A stretch of 64,000 nucleotides of DNA, from positions 12,926 through 76,925 of the forward strand of contig JBBJMP010000017.1 of the NCBI GenBank assembly GCA_037718865.1. The letters run 5' to 3'. Shown here piece after piece: positions 19,361 to 29,477 of this stretch; the stretch's first letter is position 1, and each line of letters opens with the position of its first letter. Position numbers and translations under genes: made by a program. The notes beneath the pieces were generated by a model. That model was not told the DNA's origin. It did no database searches and saw nothing but the letters and a program-made list of their open reading frames with translations. This DNA is from Chitinophagaceae bacterium. Its GTDB lineage: Bacteria > Bacteroidota > Bacteroidia > Chitinophagales > Chitinophagaceae.

Positions 19361-20251
19361 TTGATAAATCCTACCATGATTGAGAAGATTGCATTAACTG
19401 ATGTGAATTCCATGATGGTCCATCTCATCGACGGCACCTATGAACTATTCCGGCACTTCTACGGCCAGCGTATATACAACAAGGGCAAGGACAAACCATT
19501 CGGAGCCGCGGTTGGTGTACTAAACGGAGTATTGGAAATGATCGAAGAAGGCGCAACCCACCTGGGTGTGGCGACGGATCACATTATCGAATCATTTCGG
19601 AACGAGCTCTGGCCCGACTATAAAACCGGAGAAGGGATCGATCCGGCGCTGCTTGCTCAATTTCATCCAATGGAAGAAGCATTAGCGTCGATGGGTGTTA
19701 CCGTGTGGCCGATGATTGAGCTAGAAGCGGATGATGCACTAGCCTCTGCAGCGCACCTGGCTGCCGCCGATCCTCGCGTTATGAAAATATGTATCTGGAC
19801 ACCGGACAAAGACCTCGCACAATGCGTACGTGAAGATCGTGTCGTGCAGGTTGATCGCAGAGCCGGAGTCATTAGAGACGCAAACGCCGTGCGTAAAAAG
19901 TTTGGCGTGAGTCCAATACTTATCCCGGATTTTCTCGCGCTCGTCGGTGATAGCGCGGATGGTTATCCAGGCATCTCAGGCATTGGGAAGACTGGTGCAG
20001 CTAGGCTGCTGAACCAATACGGGCCAATCGAGGGCTTCCCGGAAAAGCTGCTGATGGGACTAAGTGAACAAGCATTGCTGTTCAAACGCCTTGCCACTTT
20101 ACGAACCGATGCACTGCTTTTTAGTGATGTCAACCAACTGCGATGGCGCGGGCCTACTTCACTTTTCGGCGAGCTCACTACAAAAATGAGTGAGCCGGGG
20201 TTATTCGCTCGAGCGAACGCCATCGCTGCAAAACTTACTCAGTCAAAATAG
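19361..20251 (+). CDS. Stand-alone 5'-3' exonuclease / flap endonuclease (PIN-like plus H3TH)
   Basis: LIDGTYELFRHFY, ELEADDALAS, LVGDSADGYPGISGIGKTGAARLL. The likely ATG is at 19376. The gene is visibly GC-richer than its flanks. Confidence 0.85.
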   Translation: MINPTMIEKIALTDVNSMMVHLIDGTYELFRHFYGQRIYNKGKDKPFGAAVGVLNGVLEMIEEGATHLGVATDHIIESFRNELWPDYKTGEGIDPALLAQFHPMEEALASMGVTVWPMIELEADDALASAAHLAAADPRVMKICIWTPDKDLAQCVREDRVVQVDRRAGVIRDANAVRKKFGVSPILIPDFLALVGDSADGYPGISGIGKTGAARLLNQYGPIEGFPEKLLMGLSEQALLFKRLATLRTDALLFSDVNQLRWRGPTSLFGELTTKMSEPGLFARANAIAAKLTQSK

Positions 20252-20685
20252 TAATATAGTAACGTCTCCTTTCCCGAAGGAAAGACCTTTGCACATCTTC
20301 ATTTTCGCATAAGCATTCCAAATCACCGAAAAACTCACGTGTGTACATAAAGTTAGAAAAAAATAAGTTTCATACGGCGGCTTTTGACACGAAGTCCTTG
20401 TTTTTTTCGGGTGCGGATCTGGAGTTGTGTTTTTTGTTGGCGACATTTATTTTCGTAACAGGTATACATCTAATATTTTGGGTAAAACCGGCTGTCCGGG
20501 AAATTATTTACTTAACCAATTAGGGATGTTTCAGTGTGGTAACTCAAAAAGCTAATTCCGAAATGCAGAACCTAAAACCATTTTTAAGTTGTTTTTTTTA
20601 TACCTGAGAAAGTTTATAAAATGATGTGGATGACTAAGAAATTGCAGGTGCTCCGTCAACGAGTCTGTAAAAGAATAATTATGCG

Positions 20686-21483
20686 TCACCAACCCCAAGG
20701 CAGAAGTAGCAATTTGTTGTAATGAGGCTTCCGGGAAAAAAAAACTTCCCAATCTTTTCTCGCACTTTTACCCATCTCAACAGCTTCCCCTTTTCTTTCA
20801 TTAAGAATTTCAGGTATTTGGTGAATTTTAGACTGTGGAATAGTTATAGAAAATTTATCCCAATCAATGTTAGATATCTTTATCCAGGAATCTGAAATAA
20901 TTACCGGGACGCGACCGAGCTGCATAGCCTCAAATAATCTATAAGTACATGGGCCGATTCCACGAGGGCAGAGTATAAAAAAACTTTCATTCATTACTTC
21001 ATAATAGCTCTGTTCAAAAATCAACCTTTTATTGCTATTCATTTCCCATGCATGACATCCGGTAGTATTCTTAATAAATGCATTTCTTGGATGATCCATT
21101 CTGAATATTGCACTTCTAACAGAATGCGTTATCGCTCCGATAAAACTGTATAAATACTGACAATTATCTTTGTAAGTTACAATGGCATTATTAATGGTTT
21201 CATTCTCCTGACATCGGGCAATATAGTGTGCAGTTTTCTTGTGTTTAGGATTGTATTGCCATAATTCTATGGAAGGCGATATTGTCGGTAATGGAATGAT
21301 GGACAAATCTGCGTCATGATAGAGCACGCATTTCCTTTTATATTCTTTATATATGTTATTACGAAATACACGTCGAAAGTAAGGATCATTTGTTGGATGC
21401 GATTCCACAAAAATGATTACATCAGCATCCCCTGGATCATCAGTGCAGATGGGTTCTCCTGAAACGTTTTTTGATGCTAACAA
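20686..21483 (-). CDS. Exostosin-family (GT47-like) glycosyltransferase; both ends appear shifted at homopolymer runs
   Basis: FILCPRGIGPCTYRLFEAMQLGRVPVIISD. A plausible ATG at 21536 and a plausible C-terminal extension to 20552 are each one base out of frame. Confidence 0.75.
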   Translation of the reverse strand: MLASKNVSGEPICTDDPGDADVIIFVESHPTNDPYFRRVFRNNIYKEYKRKCVLYHDADLSIIPLPTISPSIELWQYNPKHKKTAHYIARCQENETINNAIVTYKDNCQYLYSFIGAITHSVRSAIFRMDHPRNAFIKNTTGCHAWEMNSNKRLIFEQSYYEVMNESFFILCPRGIGPCTYRLFEAMQLGRVPVIISDSWIKISNIDWDKFSITIPQSKIHQIPEILNERKGEAVEMGKSARKDWEVFFSRKPHYNKLLLLPWGW

Positions 21484-22025
21484 ATGACAGGGACTGTGAT
21501 TGCCATAATTGTATGCAGAAGTAAGAAAAACTTCATAATATAACTAAGATAAAGTCTGTCACTAAACGTACACAATAATTAAAGTGTATCTTATCCGTTT
21601 ATCAAACCTTGTTCATCGCTAAAAATGTCAAGTGCTAACCGTAAAATACATAATAAAACATTTAGTTACAGTGTTTTTTTCCTAAGGTTTACTGTTGAAT
21701 TTGAACATGCAGTTGGTCGGTTGGTCCAAAGAGAAAAAGTGAAGATTATTTTAGTAATGTATCAAGCGGTCTAACTTAATAGCTTTTCAGAGCCAAAAAC
21801 CTATCCCAGACAACTTTATGACCTAAAAGAACTTTTGCCATGTCTTAGGCCTTTGATCCGGGGTTTATGTGCTATCTTTCTGCTGCTGCTTTGCTCCTGC
21901 CAGCAGGCGGTTTCGGATAGGTGCTTGTATCCTTTATCCTGGAACCGAGCCTTGGACTTGCACAGTGGCAACGATTAGGCTATTAAAATATTAAGGACAT
22001 TACTTACCAAACATCAAAACACTAT

Positions 22026-23636
22026 ATGAATTCCCAAATTAAAATTTTATTGATCGTTGTATTTATGGCCGCAATGGCATCTTGCAGAAGTCCGGAAACC
22101 AGAAGTAAAAGTTCGATGTCAAACCTTATCCCGAAACCTGTATCAGTAGTGGCTACAGACGATGTTTTTACCCTGACAAGTGAAACGGGGATTTATGTGC
22201 AGGGTCAGTCAGAAGAAGACTTGCATGTAGGGCAATGGCTAGCTGATCAACTAAAACCAGCAACCGGCTTCGACAATAAAGTTTCTTCATCCCAAGAAAC
22301 GCCCAAAGCCGGTAATATCTATTTGATTAATTCGGCAAATGATTCGGCCTTAGGAAATGAAGGTTACGAACTAACCATTACAAAAGACATTGTTAAAATA
22401 GCTGCGAATAAACCGGCAGGATGGTTTTATGGTATGCAAACAATAAGGCAGTTACTACCTGAAAATGCAGAACTGTCTTCCATTCAACAAGGCCCCTGGG
22501 AAATCCCAACGGGTACCATACGCGATTACCCGGAGTATGCCTACCGTGGAAGCATGCTTGATGTGGCACGACATTTTTTTAGCGTTGATGATGTAAAGCG
22601 TTATATAGATTTGATCGCTACTTATAAACTGAATGTGCTGCACCTGCATTTGTCAGACGACCAGGGCTGGCGCATAGAAATAAAATCATGGCCCAACCTT
22701 ACAACAATAGGCGGAAGCACGCAGGTTGGCGGTGGTAAAGGCGGTTTCTATACACAGGAGCAATATAAGGATATCGTAAAATACGCACAGGACCGATTCA
22801 TTACTGTCATTCCCGAAATTGATATGCCTGGCCATACCAATGCAGCGCTCGCATCTTATAAGGAGCTCCACAGCAGCGAGGTTACTGCCGGTTCATTGCA
22901 GGCTAATCCTGAACGGTCCAGGAAAGATACCGCTATTAATCTCTACACTGGAACCGAAGTAGGCTTCAGCACGTTGCGTACGCACAAAGCAATTACGTAT
23001 AAATTTGTTGACGATGTGATACGTGAACTTGCGGAAATTACCCCCGGCCCGTGGATACATATTGGTGGCGATGAAAGCCATTCGACAAGTAAAGAAGATT
23101 ATATTCCATTTGTTTCCCGTGTGCAGGAAATTGTAATAGCGCATGGCAAGCAGGTGATCGGCTGGGATGAAATAGCACTTTCAACGATACAACCCAACAC
23201 AGTTGCACAGTTTTGGGCCGATGCAGAAAATTCAAAACAAGCCGTAATAAAAGGTGCAAAGATCATTATGTCGCCAGCTAAAAAAGCCTACCTCGATATG
23301 CAATACGATTCCACTACAAGATTAGGCTTGCACTGGGCAGCATATATTGAAGTTGACAGCGCTTATATTTGGGATCCAGCCAACTATGCTGATGGCATTA
23401 CCCGTAAAGATATTCTTGGTGTGGAAGCTGCTCTATGGTCAGAAACGATCACCAATATGGACGATATAGAATACATGGCCTTCCCGCGTTTGCCAGGCTA
23501 TGCAGAGATAAGCTGGTCGCCGGTTACAGGGCGTAGCTGGAATGAATACAAAGTGCGTTTAGGCCACCAGGCCGCACGTTTTAAAGCGATGCGAATCAAT
23601 TATTATAAATCCAAACTTGTGCACTGGACCGAATAA
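22026..23636 (+). CDS. Beta-N-acetylhexosaminidase (GH20)
   Basis: 536 aa. Signal/lipoprotein N-terminus, then YRGSMLDVARHF, LNVLHLHLSDDQGWRIEI and IHIGGDE catalytic-region motifs. Confidence 0.93.
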   Translation: MNSQIKILLIVVFMAAMASCRSPETRSKSSMSNLIPKPVSVVATDDVFTLTSETGIYVQGQSEEDLHVGQWLADQLKPATGFDNKVSSSQETPKAGNIYLINSANDSALGNEGYELTITKDIVKIAANKPAGWFYGMQTIRQLLPENAELSSIQQGPWEIPTGTIRDYPEYAYRGSMLDVARHFFSVDDVKRYIDLIATYKLNVLHLHLSDDQGWRIEIKSWPNLTTIGGSTQVGGGKGGFYTQEQYKDIVKYAQDRFITVIPEIDMPGHTNAALASYKELHSSEVTAGSLQANPERSRKDTAINLYTGTEVGFSTLRTHKAITYKFVDDVIRELAEITPGPWIHIGGDESHSTSKEDYIPFVSRVQEIVIAHGKQVIGWDEIALSTIQPNTVAQFWADAENSKQAVIKGAKIIMSPAKKAYLDMQYDSTTRLGLHWAAYIEVDSAYIWDPANYADGITRKDILGVEAALWSETITNMDDIEYMAFPRLPGYAEISWSPVTGRSWNEYKVRLGHQAARFKAMRINYYKSKLVHWTE

Positions 23637-23737
23637 TATATCCTAAAAAAAGAATATATGATCAGTATCGTTGCCTATTATATGCATGAAGACTACGATA
23701 CAGATGCAGTATACAAAGTATTTATTTGGACATCACT

Positions 23738-24160
23738 TTATGGTTCTAGTGGTTGCTTACTCGTTTTCCAGTATTCAAGAATATTTTGAATAGTCCGTTT
23801 TAAATCTTCGAATTGATTGTCTTTTATGAAAAAACCCTGTACTCCCAGGTCATATGCTTTTTTTATTTGTCTTTCTGATGCTTTATTTGACCAGTATATG
23901 AAGGGAATGCTTTTGTGGTTTAAAGTTGGATCTTTTAATATAATCTCCCGTAATTCAAATCCATTTATAATAGGTATGTTTACATCACATATGACCAGTA
24001 AAGGCACTACTGGATCATCTTTCAAAAAACCGAGCAACTTATGCCCGTTTTCAAAAAAGCAGAGCTCATTGGCAAGTCCTAATTCACTCCATACATCTTT
24101 TATCAATTCCCAATCGTCAAGGTCATCATCTACAATAAACACGGGTGCGGTATCTTTCAT
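23738..24160 (-). CDS. Single-domain response regulator (CheY-like receiver)
   Basis: The start MKDTAPVFIVDDDLDD is at 24160 (the track ORF extends to 24262). The receiver Asp pocket and downstream ...CDVNIP... are present. There is no output domain. Confidence 0.8.
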   Translation of the reverse strand: MKDTAPVFIVDDDLDDWELIKDVWSELGLANELCFFENGHKLLGFLKDDPVVPLLVICDVNIPIINGFELREIILKDPTLNHKSIPFIYWSNKASERQIKKAYDLGVQGFFIKDNQFEDLKRTIQNILEYWKTSKQPLEP

Positions 24161-24963
24161 TGTAGTATTTTTATTTACAAAGATATCAATAAGCGGACCA
24201 CGTCGTCTAGTACGTGAAATTACACATGTATTTCCATACCACGGTGTCCTATTGCCCGACACCTTCTACTACCTTGTTCGAAATGATTAAACAATATGTT
24301 GATTGGCATTTTAAAACAGGCCCAATTATAATTATTTGAGATGATTTGGATGACCAGAAGATTGGGAGCGTACTATACTGCCCTTATCTGTCGACATCCT
24401 TATCTTGTACTCATCTTAACATTAAAGCGGCGGCAATCTCCTGAAATGCTCTTAACGCTTCCCCTTTTTCTTTTCTCAGCTTTCCTGCCTTGATAAATGT
24501 CTATTTAATTTCTTGCTATTTGTCATAGGAAAGGGCTTCTCCGCTAATGCACCTTTGTATAGTAAAAATTAAAAAACATCATAGTAAAAACATCAATAAA
24601 ATTAAAATCAACATTATGAGAAAGCTACTATCAGCGATAATATATTCCCACAGCCAAATGAACCAATGACGATAGTTCCGGTGATTATGGCATCTATAGT
24701 GCCTTCAATAATTGGAAGCGTGGTATTTTCTATTCGAAAAATTTACAAATAGGGGTTTTAAAATCTTTTCCATCGTTTCCCTTTTTCTAATGGTGTTTTC
24801 ACTCTATAGTCCTTTTACAGTTATACCGGGAGTCACTACAGGCTATGCATTGGTGCTTTGTGTGATGCATATAGAAGTGCCTGCAGCATTATTGCACTTC
24901 ATCTGTAGATCAAACAAACAAAACACAATAACACGTCTTATCAAACAATTTAAAAGATCAATT

Positions 24964-25588
24964 ATGCCAAAAGGTTATTGGATAGCAAACTCAGATGTTT
25001 TCGACATGGAAGGTCTGATGAAATACAGACAATCAGCCTGTGTATCCACGACCGGTACAGCAAACTTTGCCGATTTGGCTGGGGGTTGGAGGAACCCCCG
25101 AGTCTTTTGTAAGAGCAGGTTTGCTGGGGCTGCCCTTAATGGTGGCCGTCATAGGCGGCGAAACGCATCGTTTCCAGCCATTAATTGACCTTTACCGACA
25201 GGCAGGCTTGCGTGCTGGACATCCGAAGGAAAAGCTTAGTGTAGGTCTGCACTCTTTTGGGTACGTAGCCGATACCACTAACCAGGCTGTAGATGAAATG
25301 TACGCAGGATATGTAATTGCCATGTCGGGCAGCGTAGCTAGAAGCCGCGGCATACCCCATATTACGAAACCCCACTTTGATGCTCAAGCGGGTCCGCGGG
25401 GCGCCTTCCTGGTGGTTAGCCCGGAGGAGGTTGCTCATAAGATAAAACGGCACAGCGATGCACTGGGCGGAATCACGAGGGTTACTTTCCAAATGGATAC
25501 TGCCAACTTGCCACATGATAAGCTAATGAAGTCTATCGAATTGATTGGCACACGTGTAATACCAATGGTCAAACAAAAAAAGTTATAA
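24964..25588 (+). pseudogene. Chimeric relic: DUF1330 N-terminus (about 24 aa) fused to the C-terminal about 180 aa of an LLM-class (luciferase-like) flavin oxidoreductase
   Basis: MPKGYWIANSDVFDMEGLMKYRQ comes first. From about 25040, in another frame, follows YPRPVQQTLPIWLGVGGTPESFVRAGLLGLPLMVAVIGG.... Confidence 0.6.
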
Positions 25589-25667
25589 ACAAATAACCAG
25601 CAGGAATAGCCGGGCTTAGATTTGATAATCACCTAAATTTGGCGATAAGTCAAGAAGAATGAACAAC

Positions 25668-26344
25668 TCATTTACTCCCTTCAAAGTTCAAATTTGTTGG
25701 CTGGGGTAAGATAAAAGCATTTCTATATCTTTTCCTTCCCTTGTTGAAACTAAAAAATTCTTCAGAAGGTTTTGTCACAGGCACAGATTTATCCACTGTT
25801 TCAAAATTCAAATTGTCAAACCAAATCTGACCTGTCCCAATTAGTATTGCGCCGAACGCAAGTCCTGCAGCATTAGAAGGAACATCTAGAACCACTTCAT
25901 ATCTCTTCCATTCAGTTGTCCCCTTAATTGATCTATCATCCATATTGTCAAATGAAAGAACATTGATTGCTACTGAATCTCCTATTAGTGTTGTATCGGC
26001 ACGATCAACACGCATCCAAAAGCCAGCCCAATCGGAAACATCTTTTGATTTCATAAACCCCGACATTTTAACTCTTTTACCAATATATCTGCCTGGGAGA
26101 CAGCTTTGCATTAAACTACCAGTGCCATCGATTTATATTCTTTAGATTTAATCGTCGCAGCGTTTTCGCTGTTGTGTCCCATACTCTTACCTATACCCAT
26201 TTCATATTTGTCGGGATTGCCGCCGGACTTATTCCAACCACTTGGTAAATCAACAACTAATACACCAACTACATTTGTGTTTTGCTGAGCAAAAGATAAA
26301 GAAACACTTATTGCCAGAAGCAAAGGAATTAATATTCTTTACAT
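25668..26344 (-). pseudogene. Secreted jelly-roll-like hypothetical protein, interrupted (stop at codon 2 and a frameshift)
   Basis: ORFs 26111-26323 and 25668-26111 read as one protein if one base is restored near 26132-26134. The in-frame ATG at 26344-26342 is followed directly by TAA. Confidence 0.55.
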
Positions 26345-26450
26345 CTGCCCTGCATTCAGGAACCGCAAATAAAAAAAGCTGTGATAAAAATTATAAATTT
26401 TGACAAATAGGCAAGTTGTAGGCTCCCCTCAGAACCGGGCAATTAAAATC

Positions 26451-26732
26451 TTATAGCCGAACATCAGCGGATTTTACGGAGTCTAAAAACGGCAGCTGTT
26501 CATCCAATGCCTGCCGAAGACTTTCCGTGAAGTCTTTTCCATTTACCAGCTCCCCTTTATGAATCAGGTTTTCGATCGGATCTTTGATAAAAATGTGCTC
26601 AGCACCAAATCTTTCTACTAGTAATGGATTATCAATGGTAACATGATACTGGGTACCGTTTCCAGTATCGACTTTCTCTATAAGGGCATCGTAGTGAGTT
26701 TTTTCAAACGTGAATGTTATCATAACATACAA
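26451..26732 (-). CDS. Hypothetical protein (93 aa)
   Basis: Clean ORF with no recognised family. Confidence 0.45.
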   Translation of the reverse strand: MYVMITFTFEKTHYDALIEKVDTGNGTQYHVTIDNPLLVERFGAEHIFIKDPIENLIHKGELVNGKDFTESLRQALDEQLPFLDSVKSADVRL

Positions 26733-26920
26733 TGTAACGATTTTAAAAGAATCTTACAAACCCGCCTGTTGGAAGGCTTTTTAAAAGAGACTGAATGAAA
26801 TCTCTGGAGGAATTCGGTAACCGACCCACGTTACTTTTCGTGTCTCTTTCTAAATTGAACCATATAGCGAAGTATTTTTCTTCCGGAATAAACATTTCTT
26901 AGTAATTTACCCCTGATTAT

Positions 26921-27712
26921 ATGCCCTTCATCGATTCCATTTCGGTAAATACGGGCAAACAAAATCCGTTTCCTTTTAATATTCCAGCCGTAAGATTTGC
27001 AAAGCAGATATCCCTGGACAAACGGGTCACTATTTTCGTGGGTGACAACGGATGTGGTAAATCTACTTTGCTTGAAAGCATTGCCTATTCAATAAATATA
27101 CCCCTGATAGGCGGGTTTATCAGTTCAACGGCAGGTTTCGAAGCTGCAAGATTGCTCAAGCCTTATCTTGAAATTGAATGGACAAGAAAAAGTAACAAAG
27201 GATTTTTCTTCCGGGCAGAGGATTTCAGTGATTTTATTAATGCTGTCGAAAAAGAAAAAATGAAGATAGCCAGCGACCTGAGTGAATTAAAAGGTCAGGT
27301 AGATCATTCAGTTATTGAGAAGATGAGTGAAAGCATGAATTACGCCCTTCGTGAAACGCGCAAAACATATGGGTCTGATATGCAAGCCTTTTCACATGGG
27401 GAGGCATATCTTGAAATACTACAAACGCGGATATCGGGTAAAGGAATCTATTTGCTGGATGAACCTGAAGCGGCACTTTCTCCATTAAAGCAGTTGTCAT
27501 TGATTGCTTTCATCCTGGAAGCAATAAAAAACGAAAACACCCAATTTATAATAGCCACCCACTCGCCGATACTAATGGGAATACCTAACGCCACCCTTTA
27601 CGAAATTCAGGACGATAATATGCAGCAGGTGAACTTTAAAGAAACTGAACATTACCGCATTACCAAAACTTTCTTAGACAATCCGGACTCTTACTTAAGA
27701 CATTTGCAATAG
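26921..27712 (+). CDS. Stand-alone AAA/ABC-type ATPase (COG3910-like)
   Basis: Walker A GDNGCGKSTLLE, Walker B IYLLDEPEAALSP, and an H-loop-like IIATHSP. Confidence 0.85.
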   Translation: MPFIDSISVNTGKQNPFPFNIPAVRFAKQISLDKRVTIFVGDNGCGKSTLLESIAYSINIPLIGGFISSTAGFEAARLLKPYLEIEWTRKSNKGFFFRAEDFSDFINAVEKEKMKIASDLSELKGQVDHSVIEKMSESMNYALRETRKTYGSDMQAFSHGEAYLEILQTRISGKGIYLLDEPEAALSPLKQLSLIAFILEAIKNENTQFIIATHSPILMGIPNATLYEIQDDNMQQVNFKETEHYRITKTFLDNPDSYLRHLQ

Positions 27713-27859
27713 AGATTGCGGTTCGATTGTAAAGCGTCTTAAATAAGACATCTTAATCTTTCTGTATTTGCACGAGATGATCAAGAATAACGTGCGGGAT
27801 GTTTTTTTAATTTGTTTAAAAGAAAGAAGAAGTATAAGTTAGCAATTCGAAATATTAAA

Positions 27860-28304
27860 TTGGAGAAAAAGATACTTATATATTTTTTTTTGCGATGATT
27901 GCATGTTGTAATAGTGCGAGGAAAGTTAACAACCCTGTAATTAAGCCATCGGTACAGCAAAAAATAGTTATTTACCAGGTGTTTACAAGATTGTTTGGTA
28001 ACACGGATACTACGAATAAACCATGGGGTACAATTGAGGAAAATGGCGTAGGTAAATTTAAAGACTTTACTGATAAGGCACTTGATGAAATTAAAGCTCT
28101 TGGAGTTACACATGTTTAGTATACACAGGAGATTTGCAAATTCCGCAAGAAATTATTAAAGTATGGAAGTTAAAAAATGGTTTATATACGCTTGGGGAAG
28201 AGTTGTATGGAAGTATAAATCATAAAATGCATATTAACAATGGAATAGGAATGATGCAAGTTAGTATCGCCCCTTTGGAGTCTTTCATTCTAACGCTACA
28301 CTAG
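27860..28304 (+). pseudogene. GH13 alpha-amylase-family relic: N-terminal about 75 aa and C-terminal about 55 aa only
   Basis: VIYQVFTRLFGNTDTTNKPWGTIEENGVGKFKDFTDKALDEIKALGVTHV, then TAG where W is expected (VTHVWYTG). The remainder jumps to a C-terminal tail ending ...ESFILTLH. The signal-peptide part is out of frame at a T9 run (27883-27891). Confidence 0.6.
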
Positions 28305-28374
28305 CAGTTATGCATACTCCTAATTATGAAAAAAATTCAGGTGAATATTTTTTAATTCACAAGGTAAATTATAT

Positions 28375-29334
28375 ATGCCATCACCTGGGTATAACTTACA
28401 TGTAAAAACAAAATGGATCATCTTGCCGGGCTTACTATGCCTGGCTATACTAACGGCAGTTCTATATTTCCATGCGCCATCACCAATAATTGTTTCAAGA
28501 ACAATCCTGATAAGTACAAATCACAATAGCCTTAGGCGCTTTTTGTCAGATGAGGTTAAAAGAGATATATGGTGGGCAACCTGTGTGAAGGCTAAACTGG
28601 ACAAAACGATCGATATCATCCAATTTCAGCATTATTATTTAGGCAGTGTGATAAGTGTGAAAATGAAAGATGGCGATAATTTAATTAACAGTGAAATGAG
28701 AATTATTCCTGCCAGTTCAAACTCTTCTTATCTTAAATGGCAATTTGCAGAACCCCCTATCAAAAATCCTTTTAAAAAGATTCAAAAGATTTTAAAAAGA
28801 CATCGTATTGAAAAGGATATGCAACAAATCCTGTCTAGTTTTAAAGATTATACCGAGAAAATTGAAAACATATATGGTTTTGAAATTAAAAATATACAGG
28901 TGAGGGATACACTTCTTGTTGTTACTAAATCCATTCTGAATGAATTCCCGACCACATCTTACGTTTATGATCAAATAAGGCGTTTGAGACAATATATAAG
29001 CCGTCAGCAGGCGGAAGAAAGAAATTTTCCCATGTTATACGTTCAGAGAACAGGTGAATATCATTTTGAAGTAACCATAGGTATACCTGTAAACAAGTTT
29101 ATTAATGGTAGCCAGGCTATTGTTATGCAACGTATGATACCGGGATATATATTATACGCAGAATGTGCAGGTGGGCCTTCAACCATACGTAAGGCATTCA
29201 GTGAAATGGAGAACTATATGCTGGATTATCAAAAAGCGTCACCTGCTTCGCCTTTTGAGTTACTGGTCACCGACCGCCTTAAAGAATCGGATACGTTAAA
29301 GTGGAAAACAAAACTTTACTATCCCATCTATTGA
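28375..29334 (+). CDS. Membrane-anchored hypothetical protein; the C-terminal half weakly resembles GyrI-like/SRPBCC ligand-binding folds
   Basis: 319 aa with an N-terminal TM helix. The fold assignment is a weak impression only. Confidence 0.55.
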   Translation: MPSPGYNLHVKTKWIILPGLLCLAILTAVLYFHAPSPIIVSRTILISTNHNSLRRFLSDEVKRDIWWATCVKAKLDKTIDIIQFQHYYLGSVISVKMKDGDNLINSEMRIIPASSNSSYLKWQFAEPPIKNPFKKIQKILKRHRIEKDMQQILSSFKDYTEKIENIYGFEIKNIQVRDTLLVVTKSILNEFPTTSYVYDQIRRLRQYISRQQAEERNFPMLYVQRTGEYHFEVTIGIPVNKFINGSQAIVMQRMIPGYILYAECAGGPSTIRKAFSEMENYMLDYQKASPASPFELLVTDRLKESDTLKWKTKLYYPIY

Positions 29335-29477
29335 ATTGTCGCTATTGATATTTAAATTTTAACATATTTGATTAGATGCTCTGTTTAACTTAAATTTAAG
29401 TATTTTATAAATTATTGTTAATAACATCTTCTATCCAATAAACTATCCTGTATGACGAAGTTTAGTAAAATTCTCCT

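Noticed and set aside
21600-22025. An ncRNA or small gene in the roughly 540-nt gap upstream of GH20
   Set aside because: I saw only a start-less lipoprotein-signal-like fragment (…LCAIFLLLLCSCQQ…) and no convincing conserved structure. It is probably another gene remnant, which cannot be supported further by eye.
24712-25188. A 158-aa ORF as a real gene
   Set aside because: It strings together a membrane-protein fragment, the DUF1330 start and out-of-frame LLM sequence. The track start is a TTG.
26451-27712. A defence-system reading of the stand-alone AAA/ABC-type ATPase (Septu, Gabija or OLD-like)
   Set aside because: No nuclease or toprim partner is adjacent or fused. The only neighbour is a divergent 93-aa ORF, and the flanks are pseudogenes. 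The motif pattern fits the widespread COG3910-type ATPase.
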